A stretch of 10,703 bases of DNA from an uncultured archaeon (GTDB taxonomy: Archaea; Asgardarchaeota; Lokiarchaeia; Sigyniarchaeales; SOKP01): positions 1-10,703 of the forward strand of contig CAYUTF010000100.1 in the NCBI GenBank assembly GCA_964447495.1, given 5' to 3'. Positions 8,139 to 10,703 of this stretch are shown here, piece after piece. Made by a program: the position numbers and the translations under genes. Every line of letters begins with the position of its first letter. The first letter of the stretch is position 1. The notes under the pieces are model-generated. The model saw only the letters and a list, made by a program, of their open reading frames with translations, ran no database searches and was not told the origin of the DNA.

Positions 8139-8146
8139 CTCCCTCC
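8139..8146 (-). promoter_or_regulatory. Shine-Dalgarno site for the nuoE-like gene
   Basis: The minus strand reads ...GATCGGAGGGAGTAAAAATG. Confidence 0.65.
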
Positions 8147-8222
8147 GATCATATTCATTATCATTCTCGGACATTTAATGATCAATTTCAATAATATTAC
8201 ATGATAATAATAATTTTCTAAC

Positions 8223-8236
8223 TTTTATAATTTCCT
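8223..8236 (-). promoter_or_regulatory. Candidate archaeal BRE-TATA promoter for the redox operon
   Basis: The minus strand reads AGGAAA-TTATAAAA, about 90 nt upstream of the nuoE ATG. The region is very AT-rich, so a chance match is possible. Confidence 0.4.
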
Positions 8237-8446
8237 AATTCATTTAATTATTAATATATTCGAATAAAATTCAGTGTATGTTCGATATTTTACTTTTTCT
8301 TTTTGAGACGATAATGCATTTTAGAGAGATTTTTATATAGATTGAACAATTTTTATTCATTAAGTAATAGATTTCTATCTTCTGATTTAAATTTTATAGG
8401 ATCTGATTCGGATCAGTTTATATAATTATTGATAATTCATTTAAGA

Positions 8447-8479
8447 ATTTGAATTTCTTTCAATAGAAAAAATTCAAAT
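8447..8479. repeat. Inverted repeat in the divergent intergenic region
   Basis: ATTTGAATTT-N13-AAATTCAAAT has perfect 10-bp arms and extends to a 14-bp stem with one bulged C and a 4-nt loop. Confidence 0.45.
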
Positions 8480-8581
8480 CAAAATAGAGATGTGATATTA
8501 TGCGAGTAAATTCTTGCTAACATAAACATACTGATTATTAACAAGGAAATTAGAAATATAATGGATATTTTTTTAAAACGG

Positions 8582-8609
8582 TACTTATTCTTAATACATA
8601 GAATAAGTA
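8582..8609. promoter_or_regulatory. Inverted repeat (candidate operator) abutting the putative iorA TATA box
   Basis: TACTTATTCT-N8-AGAATAAGTA has perfect 10-bp arms. TATTAATA at 8608-8615 ends about 26 nt before GTG 8641. Confidence 0.4.
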
Positions 8610-8640
8610 TTAATATTTAATTTTTAAATACGATAATACT

Positions 8641-10703
8641 GTGAAAATAGCAGAATTATTTCAAGATAGTCCTGGAAAGAAAGTCCTAATATCGGGTAAT
8701 GAAGCTTTTGCTCGTGGTATTTTTGAATCAGGAGTGAGATTTGCGGCTAATTATCCCGGAACACCATTAAGTGAAGTGGGAGATTATCTTAATTTTCTCT
8801 CTAAAAATTCCGATGGTTTTACTTTTGATTATTCTGTTAATGAAAAAGTGGCATTAGAATCGTGTATTGGTGTTAGTTGGACAGGGTTAAGATCTGTAGC
8901 CATGTTCAAACACTTAGGGCTGAATGTGGCAGCAGATCCTTTGCATACTTTTCCCTATTCTGGGGTTGATGGGGGGATGTTAATATTATGTGGGGGAGAT
9001 CCGGGAATTTTATCTTCCACTAATGCTCAAGATAATCGACTTTATTCTTTACATACTAAAATTCCGATAATCGAACCGTCCACAGTTCAAGAATGCAAAG
9101 ATTTCATCAGAGAAGGGTTACGTCTTTCAGAATTATATAAAATTCCGATCTACGTCCATGTAACCAGCAGATTATGCCATAGCCATGGAATAGTCACTTT
9201 AGGAAAGATTAACATGATTGAAAATACGGGAACGTTCAAAAAAGATCCCGATCGTTATATTAATACATTAAATAGGGCTTTATCTAACCAAACTAAGTAT
9301 TTTCAAATTGTAGGTGAACTTGCGAAAAATAAAAAAATATTTTACTTGTTTAATAAGGTAAAAGAGTGGGGTAAAAAGAAGGAAATAGAAGATATCTCTG
9401 AGGTCGGTATCATTACAAGTGGTTTGTGTTATAGCTATGTTATTCAAGCATGTCGTAAACTTGAAATTAAACCACCGATTCTTAAGCTTGGTTTAATATT
9501 TCCGATTAATAGAGATGAAATTTGCACTTTTGCGAATACCTATAATCTAAAGAAACTACTAGTGGTTGAAGAATTAGAACCATTCATTGAAACGGTTTCT
9601 AAACGGACTTTTTGCAATTATTGCGATTCGAAAAGAGATTTAGAAATCCATGGAAAAGATTTCCTCCCCAAGATTGGAGAACTCACCACAGATATTGTGA
9701 TTCGATTTATAATGAACCACTATAACATAGAAAGAGAGCATTTGATTGAGAATATTGACCAGAAAGAACAGATCCTAAAGGAAATACTACCAAGTCTCCC
9801 AATTAGAGAACCAACCTTTTGTGCAGGCTGCCAATATAGACCCGTATTTTATAGTTTAAAAAAAGCTGTGGAAAAATTAAGTGAGAAGAAAGGTTATGAA
9901 TTCATATACGCTGGAGATATAGGATGCTATACGCTTAGTGAATCATATCCCTATCAAATGCTCGATTGGGTCGTGTGTATGGGAGCCGGAATCGGAATTG
10001 CGAATGGGATGGCTCAAGTTGTAAATGAACACCAAAAATTAATCGCATTTATCGGTGATAGCACTTTACTTCATACAGGGCTACAACCTCTCATTAATGC
10101 TATAAAAAATAATACTGAAATGACAATTATCATTTTCAATAATTATTGGACATCCATGACGGGTCAACAAGAACATGCCGGTACGCCTAGATCGCTCATA
10201 GAAGTCCAAGATTCCGCATCAAAACGTGAAAAAAAAGAAATTAATATAATCGCCCTCTTGGAAAATATCGGTTTGGAAAAAGAAAATCTAATAGTTTCAA
10301 GAGCCTATAATATAGAACAATTAGAAAAAGTGTTTTTAAATACTCTTCCAAGACCAGGCACCAAAGTCATTGTAATCAATGAAGAATGTGCACTTGAGAA
10401 AAAACGAAGACAAAAACTATATGAGGACCAAGATGCTGATTTGCAAAAAGAACAAGTATATTATACTATTTTAGATTCATGTATAAAGTGTAATGAGTGT
10501 ATTGAATATTTGGGTTGCCCTGCTATTAATATAGAGATATTAGAAAAGGGGGAAAATCTTTCTGATGATAATATTATACCTAAAAATTATAAATATTTCA
10601 TTAATGAAAGTAGCTGTATGCCAAACATTTGCCCCGGCGTTTGTAAAACAGTGTGTAAGGATAATATGATCAAAAAGACCCTCATCAATCCAAATGATAA
10701 TAA
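8641..10703 (+). CDS. iorA: Indolepyruvate:ferredoxin oxidoreductase subunit alpha (3' end just outside the window)
   Basis: Hand translation from GTG 8641 stays open to the window end (>687 aa), with an in-frame upstream stop at 8611. Motifs: SGNEAFARG, YPGTPLSE, SVNEKVALE, MFKHLGLNVAADPL, VVEELEPFIE, PTFCAGCQYR, GDIGCYTL, CMGAGIG, the TPP-binding IGDSTLLHTG..NNYWTSMTGQQ, and C-terminal CIKCNEC..GCPAI. Confidence 0.93.
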   Translation, partial: MKIAELFQDSPGKKVLISGNEAFARGIFESGVRFAANYPGTPLSEVGDYLNFLSKNSDGFTFDYSVNEKVALESCIGVSWTGLRSVAMFKHLGLNVAADPLHTFPYSGVDGGMLILCGGDPGILSSTNAQDNRLYSLHTKIPIIEPSTVQECKDFIREGLRLSELYKIPIYVHVTSRLCHSHGIVTLGKINMIENTGTFKKDPDRYINTLNRALSNQTKYFQIVGELAKNKKIFYLFNKVKEWGKKKEIEDISEVGIITSGLCYSYVIQACRKLEIKPPILKLGLIFPINRDEICTFANTYNLKKLLVVEELEPFIETVSKRTFCNYCDSKRDLEIHGKDFLPKIGELTTDIVIRFIMNHYNIEREHLIENIDQKEQILKEILPSLPIREPTFCAGCQYRPVFYSLKKAVEKLSEKKGYEFIYAGDIGCYTLSESYPYQMLDWVVCMGAGIGIANGMAQVVNEHQKLIAFIGDSTLLHTGLQPLINAIKNNTEMTIIIFNNYWTSMTGQQEHAGTPRSLIEVQDSASKREKKEINIIALLENIGLEKENLIVSRAYNIEQLEKVFLNTLPRPGTKVIVINEECALEKKRRQKLYEDQDADLQKEQVYYTILDSCIKCNECIEYLGCPAINIEILEKGENLSDDNIIPKNYKYFINESSCMPNICPGVCKTVCKDNMIKKTLINPNDN

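Noticed and set aside
7962-8204. 80-aa hydrophobic plus-strand ORF
   Set aside because: Mostly antisense to nuoE. Its hydrophobicity comes from T-runs complementary to Lys/Glu codons.
8257-8416. Short palindromes TATTCGAATA, ATAGA-TT-TCTAT and CTGAT-TCGG-ATCAG
   Set aside because: Arms of only 5 bp are expected by chance in AT-rich DNA.
1-10703. CRISPR array, tRNA/rRNA, IS element
   Set aside because: No spaced direct repeats, cloverleaf-like GC stems, transposase ORF or terminal inverted repeats were seen by eye.

Overview
This is an AT-rich prokaryotic window, most likely archaeal. A 23-aa leucine-rich-repeat gene, oligo-T terminators, BRE/TATA-like promoters and an IorA gene together suggest Asgard/Lokiarchaeia, which is an inference. 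Gene order: lpdA (+), a convergent LRR gene (-), a translationally coupled four-gene redox operon (-), a ~500-bp divergent intergenic region, and an indolepyruvate:ferredoxin oxidoreductase alpha gene (+, from GTG 8641, running off the window edge and absent from the ORF track). The operon encodes a NuoE/HydC-like subunit, a NuoF/HydB-like subunit fused to a GltD/NfnL-like NADPH-type flavoprotein, a small stand-alone MetV-N-terminal-like Cys domain, and a second MetV-N-like domain fused to a HoxU/NuoG-N-like Fe-S relay. The operon is the main point of interest. It is a HydABC/HoxEFU-type core with no hydrogenase or formate dehydrogenase catalytic module, two predicted pyridine-nucleotide sites and two paralogous MetV-N-like domains. 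It could be an undescribed soluble transhydrogenase or an electron-input adaptor complex. No rRNA, tRNA, CRISPR array or mobile element was seen.
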